Source: Bacillus subtilis subsp. subtilis str. 168 (GTDB lineage: Bacteria; Bacillota; Bacilli; Bacillales; Bacillaceae). From it: DNA of 32,000 nt. Shown here in pieces: positions 9,501 through 18,793 of the stretch. The first letter of the stretch is position 1. Every line of letters begins with the position of its first letter. The position numbers and the translations under genes were made by a program. The stretch is from positions 4,020,001-4,052,000 of the forward strand of contig NC_000964.3 in assembly GCF_000009045.1 (NCBI RefSeq), read 5' to 3'. Under the pieces are notes generated by a model that ran no database searches, was not told the DNA's origin, and was given only the letters and a program-made list of their open reading frames with translations.

Positions 9501-10548
9501 TTTTCAGTACATAGGCCTTTAAATTAGCATCCCATTTTTGTGAGGAGGCCGAATAGTTCGTCGTCGGGTAGGCACTCATGACAAACGTATCCGATGAAAC
9601 AGATAAAGAAGTTGACGGGTCGATAGATACTGGATATACGCGTTCTGGGTCTTTCAGCCAGTTCTCGTCTGCCGTAAGATGAAGCAAATACCCTTCTTCA
9701 TTCTTTTCCAGCTTATAGCTGACTTTGTCTGACCGTTCAACCTCGCCGGAAAGCTCATCTAGTTTTGAATCCGTCATAAAAGGCTTAGGCACAGAAAAAA
9801 CAACTTTTCCTTTTTCATCAGAAAAATCAATGGATCCATCCTCTTGTTCTTTAGCCTGCAAATCGGTTTTTAACTGAAATGTAAATGTGTTGTATCCATT
9901 ATACTGATGAAGGACTAAATCTTCTTTTATGTTTTCATTGAATGTGAAAGTCTGAAGATCAATATTCGGAAACACATCCGGATACACAATCTCATTACTG
10001 TCAGTCTTATAATCTGCTGAGGTATCTTTCGGAGTAAGTGAAGTTTTATTCGGGCCTTTCGCTTCTGCTAGTGAATATGTAACCTTATGGTCATTATGCT
10101 CAAAAGTCGCATAAAGCCCGTTCTTCATTTGCTTTTGAAAATCTGAATTCAAAATAGCGTTCTCTGTCTCGACTTGTTTGCTTGTCGACTCTTTTAACTC
10201 AGGAGAAATGTCTTCCCAGTCGGCATCCGGTGTTTCCTTTGTATGAATAGGATCAAGGTATACTTCCTGTTTATAGACACCGTCACCTTCATAATAGAGT
10301 TTTGTATTTTCTGTTCTTTCAGAGGTGATCTCACCCTCTTTGTTTATATCTTTTGGATCAAAAGGTACAGCTTCCTCAGTTTGTTCTTTCTGAAGAGTTT
10401 CTTCTGGATCATCGGCAGCAATACGGTTTCCATTCTCTTCTTCTGTAGATTTTGCTAGTACATCGGCTGGCACTAATGAAATCATTAAAGCCAACACTAA
10501 AAATGCTGCAATGAACCTTTTAAAGTTTCGCCTCTTTCTTTTTTTCAT
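3544..10548 (-). CDS. wapA: WapA, wall-associated polymorphic toxin precursor (2334 aa): signal peptide, three wall-binding repeats, YD/Rhs repeat region, C-terminal toxin.
   Basis: The ORF track frame extends to 10587. I chose the ATG at 10546-10548 (MKKRKRRNFKRFIAAFLVLALMISLVPADVLA|KS signal peptide), which is preceded by AAAAGGAGAGAGG. Dozens of YD repeats are present (YxYDxxGN...). The Rhs-core end is YRYAGYQYDEETGLYYLMARYYEPRNGVFLSLDP...VDPDGH. Confidence 0.97.
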   Translation of the reverse strand: MKKRKRRNFKRFIAAFLVLALMISLVPADVLAKSTEEENGNRIAADDPEETLQKEQTEEAVPFDPKDINKEGEITSERTENTKLYYEGDGVYKQEVYLDPIHTKETPDADWEDISPELKESTSKQVETENAILNSDFQKQMKNGLYATFEHNDHKVTYSLAEAKGPNKTSLTPKDTSADYKTDSNEIVYPDVFPNIDLQTFTFNENIKEDLVLHQYNGYNTFTFQLKTDLQAKEQEDGSIDFSDEKGKVVFSVPKPFMTDSKLDELSGEVERSDKVSYKLEKNEEGYLLHLTADENWLKDPERVYPVSIDPSTSLSVSSDTFVMSAYPTTNYSASSQKWDANLKAYVLKTGYYDKTTGTNYAFMKFNNLKPIQNMTVTKATLKTYVAHSYYGTKATGLWLDTVNSNYDNAKVTWNTKPASKNIGKADVHKGQWASYDVTAAVKSWNSGGANYGFKLHTNGNGKEYWKKLISSANSANKPYIEVTYTIPKGNTPTIKAYHNGDSTGYFDISWKKVEGAKGYKVWIYNGKEYQAISAGNVTSWSTKGKKIWPTSAEIASKRYKLHLDGKDGAELALDPSPVYKNSGGSYATSKNYWIGVSAIFDQGEGAMSAPAKPVIPNVGKAQAPSAKGYNNGNATGYFDLSWKAVSGATGYKVQVFNGKGFETLDLGNQTSWTTKGKKIWPTSAEIKAGKYALHLKDGSGAELPINPGPTYKNAGGDGAKRNYSFKIIAYNKDGEAIASPAATPALPDIARPKNVTGYLYTNTKSSQTGYVNLIWEKVQNAKGYKVNIYNGKEYQSFDVGDADHWTTQNKNIWPTSEEIKAGSYKLHTDGKGGELALDPSPVYNNANGNYKGKKNYSFTLVAYDANGETIPTAPFNPTFHEGAEFLGTEEYWSIIDIPSGQLNGATGNVIVNEEDLSIDGRGPGLGLSRTYNSLDSSDHLFGQGWYADAETSVISTDGGAMYIDEDATTHRFTKKADGTYQPPTGVYLELTETADQFILKTKDQTNAYFNKKGGKLQKVVDGHNNATVYTYNDKNQLTAITDASGRKLTFTYDENGHVTSITGPKNKKVTYSYENDLLKKVTDTDGTVTSYDYDSEGRLVKQYSANSTEAKPVFTEYQYSGHRLEKAINAKKETYVYSYDADKKTLLMTQPNGRKVQYGYNEAGNPIQVIDDAEGLKITTNTKYEGNNVVEDVDPNDVGTGKATESYQYDKDGNVTSVKDAYGTETYEYNKNNDVTKMKDTEGNVTDIAYDGLDAVSETDQSGKSSSAAVYDKYGNQIQSSKDLSASTNILKDGSFEAQKSGWNLTASKDSGKISVIADKSGVLSGSKALEVLSQSTSAGTDHGYSSATQTVELEPNTTYTLSGKIKTDLAKSRAYFNIDLRDKDQKRIQWIHNEYSALAGKNDWTKRQITFTTPANAGKAVVYMEVDHKDKDGKGKAWFDEVQLEKGEVSSSYNPVQNSSFTSATENWNVSGASVDSEEGFNDDVSLKAARTSASQAGSVTKQTVVLGQSANDKPVYLTLTGMSKASSVKFTDEKDYSLQANVTYADGSTGIYNAKFPSGTQEWNRAAVVIPKTKPINKVDISILFQKSATGTVWFDDIRLIEGSLLTKSTYDSNGNYVTKEEDELGYATSTDYDETGKKTSETDAKGEKTTYTYDQADQLTNMTLSNGTSILHSYDKEGNEVSKTIRAGADQTYKFEYDVMGKLVKTTDPLGNVLASEYDANSNLTKTISPNGNEVSLSYDGTDRVKSKSYNGTEKYIFTYDKNGNETSVVNKEQNTTKKRTFDNKNRLTELTDRGGSQTWTYPSDSDKLKTFSWIHGDQKGTNQFTYNKLDQMIEMKDSTSSYSFDYDENGNVQTFITGNGGGTSFSYDERNLVSSLHIGDKNGGDILTESYEYDANGNRTTINSSASGKVQYEYGKLNQLVKETHEDGTVIEYTYDGFGNRKTVTTIKDGSSKTVNASFNIMNQLTKVNDESISYDKNGNRTSDGKFTYTWDAEDNLTAVTKKGEDKPFATYKYDEKGNRIQKTVNGKVTNYFYDGDSLNVLYETDADNNVTKSYTYGDSGQLLSYTENGKKYFYHYNAHGDIIAISDSTGKTVAKYQYDAWGNPTKTEASDEVKDNRYRYAGYQYDEETGLYYLMARYYEPRNGVFLSLDPDPGSDGDSLDQNGYAYGNNNPVMNVDPDGHWVWLVVNAGFAAYDGYKAYKSGKGWKGAAWAAASNFGPGKIFKGASRAYKFTKKAVKITGHTRHGLNQSIGRNGGRGVNLRAKLNAVRSPKKVIKQPNGATKYVGKKATVVLNKRGKVITAYGSSRAKGSKHVFHTHGKGNKSKRRR
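3547..3987 (-). other. WapA-CT: variable C-terminal toxin domain (147 aa, strongly basic), beginning right after the DPDGH junction.
   Basis: The H codon of DPDGH is at 3988-3990. The tail WVWLVVNAGFAAYDG...HTHGKGNKSKRRR has no YD motifs. The DNA is visibly more A+T-rich than the core. A tRNase activity has been reported in the literature for the 168 WapA-CT. Confidence 0.8.
7925..9083 (-). repeat. Three tandem in-frame repeats of about 132 aa (396-399 nt) inside wapA: the wall-binding repeat region.
   Basis: GYFDISWKKVEGAKGYKVWIYNGKEYQ (about 9016-9036), GYFDLSWKAVSGATGYKVQVFNGKGFE (about 8621-8640) and GYVNLIWEKVQNAKGYKVNIYNGKEYQ (about 8221-8241). Each is followed by ...W(S/T)T(K/Q)(G/N)K(K/N)IWPTS(A/E)EI.... 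The antisense shadow ORFs at 8065, 8464 and 8860 recur with the same period. Confidence 0.85.
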
Positions 10549-10636
10549 TTCCTCTCTCCTTTTGTAATAAAAGTAATATTTACTCAATAATCTTAACTAG
10601 ACTGAAATATCATTACAATATTTTTCTAGAAAATTT

Positions 10637-10665
10637 ATCTTATTTTAAGGATTAGCGAGAGTCAA
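10637..10665 (-). promoter_or_regulatory. Candidate sigmaA promoter of wapA.
   Basis: On the minus strand: TTGACT (10660-10665), 17 nt, TAAGAT (10637-10642), about 85 nt upstream of the ATG. A TGTAAT half-site (WalR-like) follows, but its second half-site is poor. Confidence 0.4.
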
Positions 10666-10674
10666 TTGACCTAA

Positions 10675-10702
10675 AACAAAAAAAGGCCGCATAGGCCTTT
10701 TT
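10675..10702 (-). terminator. Rho-independent terminator downstream of yxxF.
   Basis: AAAGGCC-GCATA-GGCCTTT hairpin flanked by an A-run and a T-run. On the minus strand the stem is followed by TTTTTTTT. Confidence 0.75.
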
Positions 10703-10709
10703 ACATTTT

Positions 10710-11645
10710 TTATTGTATTTGTTCAATATCCGTACCCTCAGCTGTCACATTCGCCTTCCCCTGCCTCCTGACAAGCGTCAAGGCCATGCCCGCAAAGATC
10801 ATTACGATGCCAAGCGTTTGATAGAGGTCAGGGCGGAAGCCTGTGAAGACGGTATCGAGCACGATCGCGACAGCGGGGTCGAGAAATACAATGATTGAAA
10901 TAAATTTCGTTGATAAAAATCGTAAACTGTCAAAAAACAGCAAATATACAATACCCGTATGGATGATGCCGGTAGATACCACCATAATCCAGTTTCCCTG
11001 AGATAGGTCCGCAAAAGCGCCAAAGTGAATAAACGGAATCAGGATGATAACCCCTAAACCTGTCTGCAAGAAGGTGGTCGTGTAAGGACTGAGATTGTGA
11101 ATGCCTTTTCCCAATAAAGTGGTGAACGCATAAAACAGTGCGGCGAGAACTGCCCATATGATCCCTGATCCCATCAGCTGTGTCAATGATGTGCTGCCGT
11201 TAATCCCGGAAATCAGCGCAGTCCCAAGAAAGCAGATGATAATGGAGCTGACGGAGATCACATTTAATTTCTCTCTGTAGAAGAAGCTCCCCAGAAGAAG
11301 AACAAGCACCGGCGCTAGATGATAAACAGAGATGGCAATTGTAACGGACGTTTCTTCAAAAGACTTAAATAAGAACACCCAGTTGAATACAAGAAAGAAA
11401 CCGCACGCCAATGTTTGCAGCACGTCTCTCTTGCTCCATTTTTCAGTTTTATACTGGCCGGACGCCAGCCAGCAAAAGCCTAAAAACAGCGTCGCGCAAA
11501 GGCAGCGGACAAAGACCAATTCAAATGACGGCAGATTGGTATGCTCTGAGAAAAAGCCGATGGAGCCGAAAATCACCATAGAGATGACCATTTTGATTAC
11601 GGCTGTTGATTTTTGTTTTGACGATATGGAAGGATCCTGTTGCAT
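10710..11645 (-). CDS. yxxF: EamA/DMT-family (10-TM) permease.
   Basis: The ORF track gives 322 aa. I trimmed it to MQQDPSISSKQKS... (311 aa), which lies downstream of GGAGGT. Multiple hydrophobic helices typical of duplicated EamA domains. Confidence 0.85.
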   Translation of the reverse strand: MQQDPSISSKQKSTAVIKMVISMVIFGSIGFFSEHTNLPSFELVFVRCLCATLFLGFCWLASGQYKTEKWSKRDVLQTLACGFFLVFNWVFLFKSFEETSVTIAISVYHLAPVLVLLLGSFFYREKLNVISVSSIIICFLGTALISGINGSTSLTQLMGSGIIWAVLAALFYAFTTLLGKGIHNLSPYTTTFLQTGLGVIILIPFIHFGAFADLSQGNWIMVVSTGIIHTGIVYLLFFDSLRFLSTKFISIIVFLDPAVAIVLDTVFTGFRPDLYQTLGIVMIFAGMALTLVRRQGKANVTAEGTDIEQIQ

Positions 11646-11738
11646 CAAACGTATTCTACCTCCAATACTGCATAGCATAAACTGTTTTTTGTGAATTCAG
11701 AAATCTACACATAGAATTCCTCTTTTTTACATGTAGAT

Positions 11739-11747
11739 ATTATAACA
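11739..11747 (-). promoter_or_regulatory. Candidate extended -10 promoter element of yxxF.
   Basis: On the minus strand: TGTTATAAT (TGnTATAAT), about 95 nt upstream of the yxxF start. The -35 region is poor (T-run of the yxiE terminator). Confidence 0.35.
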
Positions 11748-11761
11748 CTTCTATTCTAAAT

Positions 11762-11790
11762 AAAAAAAAGCGCCCAAGGGCGCTTTTTTT
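11762..11790 (-). terminator. Rho-independent terminator downstream of yxiE.
   Basis: GCGCCC-AA-GGGCGC GC-rich hairpin with an A8 run upstream and a T7 run downstream. It reads as stem plus U-tract on the minus strand, immediately after the yxiE stop. Confidence 0.85.
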
Positions 11791-11796
11791 ACAAAT

Positions 11797-12243
11797 CTAT
11801 CGAACAATCAAAACCGGGCATGTTGATAATTGAGACACTTTATGGCTGACGCTTCCAAGCATCATTTCTTTCAGGCCGCTGATCCCCCGGCTGCCAACTA
11901 CAATCAGGCTGACGCCTTTCTCTTTTGCGTGATTTAGTATCTCATGCGCCGGCTCGCCATTCGCGTAAATGGTTTCAGCTTGAACGCCTTTTTCGGCTGC
12001 TTTTTCTTTTGCATTCTCAAGGATTTTCAGGCCCTCTTTTTTAACCTCGTTCCTGATTTCATCAATAAAGTGTTCAGGCACATAGACAATTCCCGTCAGA
12101 GAAGAAGTCGTGACGACGGCTTCTCTCCCCACATGAAGAATGCTTAGTTCCGCTTGTTGCTCTTTTGCCAAATGCACTGCGGCATCAAGCGCTTTTGCAC
12201 TCATGTCTGATCCGTCAATCGCTACTAACATTTTGTTAAACAT
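11797..12243 (-). CDS. yxiE: Universal stress protein (UspA family).
   Basis: 148 aa with the UspA ATP-binding motif VVGSRGISGLKEMMLGSVS. SD is AAAGGCGGGAAG. Confidence 0.9.
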   Translation of the reverse strand: MFNKMLVAIDGSDMSAKALDAAVHLAKEQQAELSILHVGREAVVTTSSLTGIVYVPEHFIDEIRNEVKKEGLKILENAKEKAAEKGVQAETIYANGEPAHEILNHAKEKGVSLIVVGSRGISGLKEMMLGSVSHKVSQLSTCPVLIVR

Positions 12244-12288
12244 GCTCTTCCCGCCTTTCGGACTGTGGGTGGTTCATCTTTCTCTTTT

Positions 12289-12317
12289 ATTGTCCGCCTG
12301 CATTTCGTTATTGTCAA
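12289..12317 (-). promoter_or_regulatory. Candidate internal sigmaA promoter for yxiE in the bglH-yxiE spacer.
   Basis: On the minus strand: TTGACA (12312-12317), 17 nt, GACAAT (12289-12294). I saw no terminator between bglH and yxiE, so read-through from bglPH is also possible. Confidence 0.3.
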
Positions 12318-12345
12318 TTGAAGCGCATGAGTTTTCAAAAAATTG

Positions 12346-15607
<3,262 letters not shown>

Positions 15608-15705
15608 GTGTATACCTCCTTTTTATGGGGGGACTGCTGGATGAAAGGTGGCCGCCTTTCACCAGCTTTTTTTGTATCAAATGCTGCATCACCTCCTAAA
15701 AGAGA

Positions 15706-15767
15706 ATAAAAAAACCTAAATGACACAGATTGCGAGAGTCTCCTCCTGCACCTGCACCATTTAGGTT
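15706..15767 (-). terminator. LicT-controlled leader terminator of bglPH.
   Basis: On the minus strand: AACCTAAATG...CATTTAGGTT long stem followed by TTTTTTT. Its 5' arm overlaps the RAT. Confidence 0.85.
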
Positions 15768-15792
15768 TTGCCTGCTTTCGCAGTAACAATCC
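15764..15792 (-). promoter_or_regulatory. RAT (ribonucleic antiterminator) bound by LicT.
   Basis: The minus strand reads GGATTGTTACTGCGAAAGCAGGCAAAACC, which is the BglG/SacY-family RAT sequence. It overlaps the terminator 5' arm. Confidence 0.9.
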
Positions 15793-15822
15793 TGACGGGT
15801 CGTTTTATTTGTTTGTAGGTAT

Positions 15823-15851
15823 ACTTTAGCACTAGATTCGTGAGATGTCAA
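15823..15851 (-). promoter_or_regulatory. sigmaA promoter of bglPH.
   Basis: On the minus strand: TTGACA (15846-15851), 17 nt, TAAAGT (15823-15828), with TGC immediately upstream of the -10. Confidence 0.75.
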
Positions 15852-15859
15852 CGCTTTCA
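15846..15859 (-). promoter_or_regulatory. cre (CcpA catabolite-responsive element) overlapping the bglP -35.
   Basis: The minus-strand sequence TGAAAGCGTTGACA fits TGWAANCGNTNWCA at every constrained position. Confidence 0.75.
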
Positions 15860-15946
15860 TTTTTGGTGTTGACTATCGTTTCTAGAACAAAAGTAATCAT
15901 AAAGATTTGAACTTAGTATTAACTTCAATAAAAAATTATTGTAATT

Positions 15947-15981
15947 AAAAACCTTGAAAGGCATTTTTTCCAATCAAGGTT
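15947..15981 (-). terminator. Rho-independent terminator after yxxE (end of the LXG cassette).
   Basis: On the minus strand: AACCTTGA, about 15 nt, TCAAGGTT, followed by TTTTAATT. It begins 9 nt after the yxxE stop. Confidence 0.65.
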
Positions 15982-15989
15982 ATGAATCG

Positions 15990-16298
15990 TTACCGTTTAA
16001 ATTTTTTTAAAGACTTCTTTATCTGTACTATTACATTCTTTAGCCAATCTATTGGTTCTAAATTAAACGCAGGAAGATACACGCCATCTGCGCAAGATTG
16101 AATGTAATCGTTTTTCTTATTGTCTGAATGCTCACTTTCAATAAAATCCGTTAAAAAGACAATAGCATCCTCCAAATATTCCTTACTTTCCTCTATTAAT
16201 AACTCTTGTATAGCGTCATCAGGAGTTTCAATATCTTGATGGAATGTTCCAGCTAAAAACTGAAAAACAGGGTCCTTCTGTTTATTGATCAATAACAT
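15990..16298 (-). CDS. yxxE: Small acidic protein (102 aa), immunity-like, with no adjacent cognate toxin.
   Basis: ORF track. Strong SD: AAAGGAG, then 9 nt, then ATG. Very A+T-rich. It follows yxxD by 45 nt. Confidence 0.8.
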
Positions 16299-16343
16299 GT
16301 CATCTTGCTCCTTTAAGGGAGAGGTAACGGGATAATGTTAAAA

Positions 16344-16787
16344 TCATTCATCATCTAATAAATCAAGATAATACTGATCATTCTCTTCTATTTTTCTTAA
16401 GAACTCGGTAAGAGAAGTTGCAATTTGAATATCATAATAGTAAATCGGATTTTTATTATTATCATTTAATTCAATTGACATTAATGCCGATTCACTACCT
16501 TCAAAAAATATTAATTTATCATTCTCAAACTCATCATATATTTCTATGTCAGGATAAAATTCAAAGTCATTTATCCTCAATCGAAAGTCTCTTACAGAAT
16601 ATGGATCCAAAATGCGATTAGTATTAAACTCTGATCCTTTAATAAACCCATAGCCAACTTCTAAATAAAAATTCACTAATTCACTAGGTAATTTTAAGTT
16701 TAAATTTTTTTCAACCTCTTCAATCTCACTTTGATTCACTGGATAAAAATCATTTTCTTTGTTTGATTTTATAAAATTATAACTCAT
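16344..16787 (-). CDS. yxxD: SMI1/KNR4 (SUKH)-family immunity protein for YxiD.
   Basis: 147 aa. N-terminal motif ...EIEEVEKNLNLKLPSELVNFYLEVGYG... is typical of SUKH-1 proteins. The ATG overlaps the yxiD stop by 4 nt (ATGA). Confidence 0.88.
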   Translation of the reverse strand: MSYNFIKSNKENDFYPVNQSEIEEVEKNLNLKLPSELVNFYLEVGYGFIKGSEFNTNRILDPYSVRDFRLRINDFEFYPDIEIYDEFENDKLIFFEGSESALMSIELNDNNKNPIYYYDIQIATSLTEFLRKIEENDQYYLDLLDDE

Positions 16788-18493
16788 TTTTTTTTGCCTC
16801 CTTTAAATAATTCATTTGCTGGTGAGCCTGTACCATGAATCCCAGCTTGATGCTCGTTAGGAAATTTTGCTGGATGCATATTCCACCATTCATGTTCTCC
16901 GCCAAAAGTATTTTCAATTATATGGTGAGCATCATACTTATCCCCTTTTTTTCTAATAATTTTACCTGTTTTTTCAGATACAACATTTTCCTTATAAACA
17001 GGCCATTTTTGTCCAGTGTTTTCTTCCCATTCTTTTATAACTTTATTTTTTACTTTATCAAATTTAGTCCTGTGTTTTGCAGTCTCTATTGGTGACATTT
17101 TTTTATATTCTTTATTTCTTAATGCTTCCTTTAATTTATCTATTTGATTTTTAGGTAATTCTCTACCTGTGCGTTGTTCTATATCTCTAGCATACTTTTT
17201 TATTAAATCAGAATTAATTTTATTAGCAGATCCACTTACATCATTCGCAATTTTCCCTTTATCCTTAGCAACGTTTTTAACTTCCGAAGCCTTCTTAGCC
17301 TTTTTCCCATTATTAATAAGTTTATTAATATCTATTAACTTTTCTAACTTAGCTATTTTGGCAAATGGTACTGAGTTTATGGAGGCAACAACACGGTCTT
17401 TCCCTGTGACTTTTTCGCCTGATACCGGATCTCTGCCCGTGGCTGCTTTAAATAGATCATACACGCCGGTAAGTTCTACAGCCGTCTCTAAAATTTTCAC
17501 ATATCCATTCTCATCCACTTTAATGTCCGAAAGCGAGACGACAGGTTCAAGCTTCATGTCATTACCAGATATGTATACATTGTAAAGTGTATCATTATAA
17601 ACGACTTGCTTAACCTCTGCATTTGAGAAATCAGTTTTTATATGTTCTCTATGTTCACTCGTATTATACACTTTACCATTGATAACGATGATATTTTTAC
17701 TTACCTTTTTAGAATCACCCGTTTTGACAACTGAATCCACTTTAGACTTTTCATTCTCGGCTAATTTCTTCAGCATCATCTCCATCGGTGAATCATCCGC
17801 CTGCTTCATTTGCGGGTTAATCGCGCCGAAGATTTGGTTGATGTTTTCTTCTTCCTGTGATTTCAGGATGGAGCCGCTTTTGTAGCCTGTGATTTCAATT
17901 TTCGGGCCGGTGTACATGGTTTCGAGCTGATCAATGTATTTTTTCATCGTTTGAAAATCTGATTTTGCGGCTTCTAGTGCTTGGGTTTGCTGGCCGTCAA
18001 ATTGAAAGAGCTTATTCAGGGTGTCTGAAATCAGCCGCTCAGCCTGTTCTGTTTCCATCCGAAAAAAGGAATCATTGACTGTCGGCAGGCTGACGATGTG
18101 ATCTATGGCTGATGTCTGGCGATTGACTGCGTCAGTGAGCTGCTCTGTCACTTCTCGTGCATGCTTGACCCCATGTCTCGCATCGTGTGAGAGAAAAGCC
18201 TCTGCGATCATGCCGTGGGAGTTAGATTCTACAGAGGAAATCGCATGCTGTGTTTGTTTCAGCACTTTTTTGTATTCGTCGATAAATATGCCAAAGAAAA
18301 GGAGAAAAGGCTTGTGGCACTCCTCGTAAAAGGTCCGGATGGCATCTCCGCCTTTTCCTTTCAGCGCATCCTTCATGCCTGCCAGATGCTCAACGCTTTT
18401 TTCCAGCTTCTCCAGCTGTTGTTTTTGCTTGTCCAGTTTCTCAATCGTATGCTGAATGCCCTCGTGAAGAGCGTGGACATCTAATGTTTTCAA
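16784..18493 (-). CDS. yxiD: LXG-domain polymorphic toxin (type VII secretion substrate) with a C-terminal AHH/HNH-like nuclease domain.
   Basis: 569 aa. TTG start at 18491-18493, 7 nt after GGGAGGA. N-terminal LXG helical domain (MKTLDVHALHEGIQHTIEKLDKQ...LKGKGGDAIRTFYEE...). C-terminal motif DAHHIIENTFGGEHEWWNMHP...HQAGIH. Confidence 0.93.
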   Translation of the reverse strand: MKTLDVHALHEGIQHTIEKLDKQKQQLEKLEKSVEHLAGMKDALKGKGGDAIRTFYEECHKPFLLFFGIFIDEYKKVLKQTQHAISSVESNSHGMIAEAFLSHDARHGVKHAREVTEQLTDAVNRQTSAIDHIVSLPTVNDSFFRMETEQAERLISDTLNKLFQFDGQQTQALEAAKSDFQTMKKYIDQLETMYTGPKIEITGYKSGSILKSQEEENINQIFGAINPQMKQADDSPMEMMLKKLAENEKSKVDSVVKTGDSKKVSKNIIVINGKVYNTSEHREHIKTDFSNAEVKQVVYNDTLYNVYISGNDMKLEPVVSLSDIKVDENGYVKILETAVELTGVYDLFKAATGRDPVSGEKVTGKDRVVASINSVPFAKIAKLEKLIDINKLINNGKKAKKASEVKNVAKDKGKIANDVSGSANKINSDLIKKYARDIEQRTGRELPKNQIDKLKEALRNKEYKKMSPIETAKHRTKFDKVKNKVIKEWEENTGQKWPVYKENVVSEKTGKIIRKKGDKYDAHHIIENTFGGEHEWWNMHPAKFPNEHQAGIHGTGSPANELFKGGKKK

Positions 18494-18512
18494 TCCCTTG
18501 TCCTCCCGCGCT

Positions 18513-18782
18513 TTATTTCATGGAAGATGATATGTTTTCGTCCGTTTCCTTCATGGCGTTTACCGCGCTTTCCGTTTGTGCGATATGCTTGGCCAGAACA
18601 GACGCATATGCTTCAGTGAGCTCTTTGATGTCCTTATTTAATTGCTCGATGGACTTCACAACATTCAAATGGTTTCTGCCTGAGAGATGACCGGGCAATG
18701 AGGACTTGAGTTCAGCTGAATTCTTGAGCTGAGAAAGCCCTTGCTTCACTGTGTCATACACCATTTTAATTTCCTGTGCCAT
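18513..18782 (-). CDS. yxiC: Small alpha-helical protein, LXG-toxin accessory/targeting factor (WXG100-like helical hairpin).
   Basis: 89 aa with no hydrophobic segment. Its stop lies 19 nt upstream of the yxiD start. Confidence 0.85.
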   Translation of the reverse strand: MAQEIKMVYDTVKQGLSQLKNSAELKSSLPGHLSGRNHLNVVKSIEQLNKDIKELTEAYASVLAKHIAQTESAVNAMKETDENISSSMK

Positions 18783-18793
18783 TTGTGCTCACC

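Noticed and set aside
3777-10458. About 20 ORFs of 60-132 aa from the track lie inside the wapA span on both strands (e.g. 8065..8463+, 8860..9135+, 4022..4231-, 5782..6024+).
   Set aside because: All lie within the continuous 2334-codon wapA frame, which has unmistakable YD-repeat and Rhs-core protein features. Their products are low-complexity or Cys/Phe/Arg-rich shadows with no SD. The periodic ones simply mirror the wapA internal repeats.
10549-10587. The longest-ORF calls include N-terminal extensions: wapA (+13 aa), and similarly bglH (+12 aa, 13756-13791), yxxF (+11 aa, 11646-11678), hutG (+12 aa, 26467-26502), hutP (+3 aa) and yxiG (+25 aa).
   Set aside because: In each case an internal start is preceded by a properly spaced SD and gives a sensible N-terminus, such as a signal peptide or a conserved family start. 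The longer versions lack an SD.
17169-18690. Plus-strand ORFs lie opposite yxiD and yxiC (17169..17585, 138 aa; 18215..18484; 18484..18690).
   Set aside because: They are Leu/Phe/Ser-rich shadows of Lys/Glu-rich genes, with no ribosome-binding sites. The minus-strand genes have SDs and recognisable LXG and helical domains.
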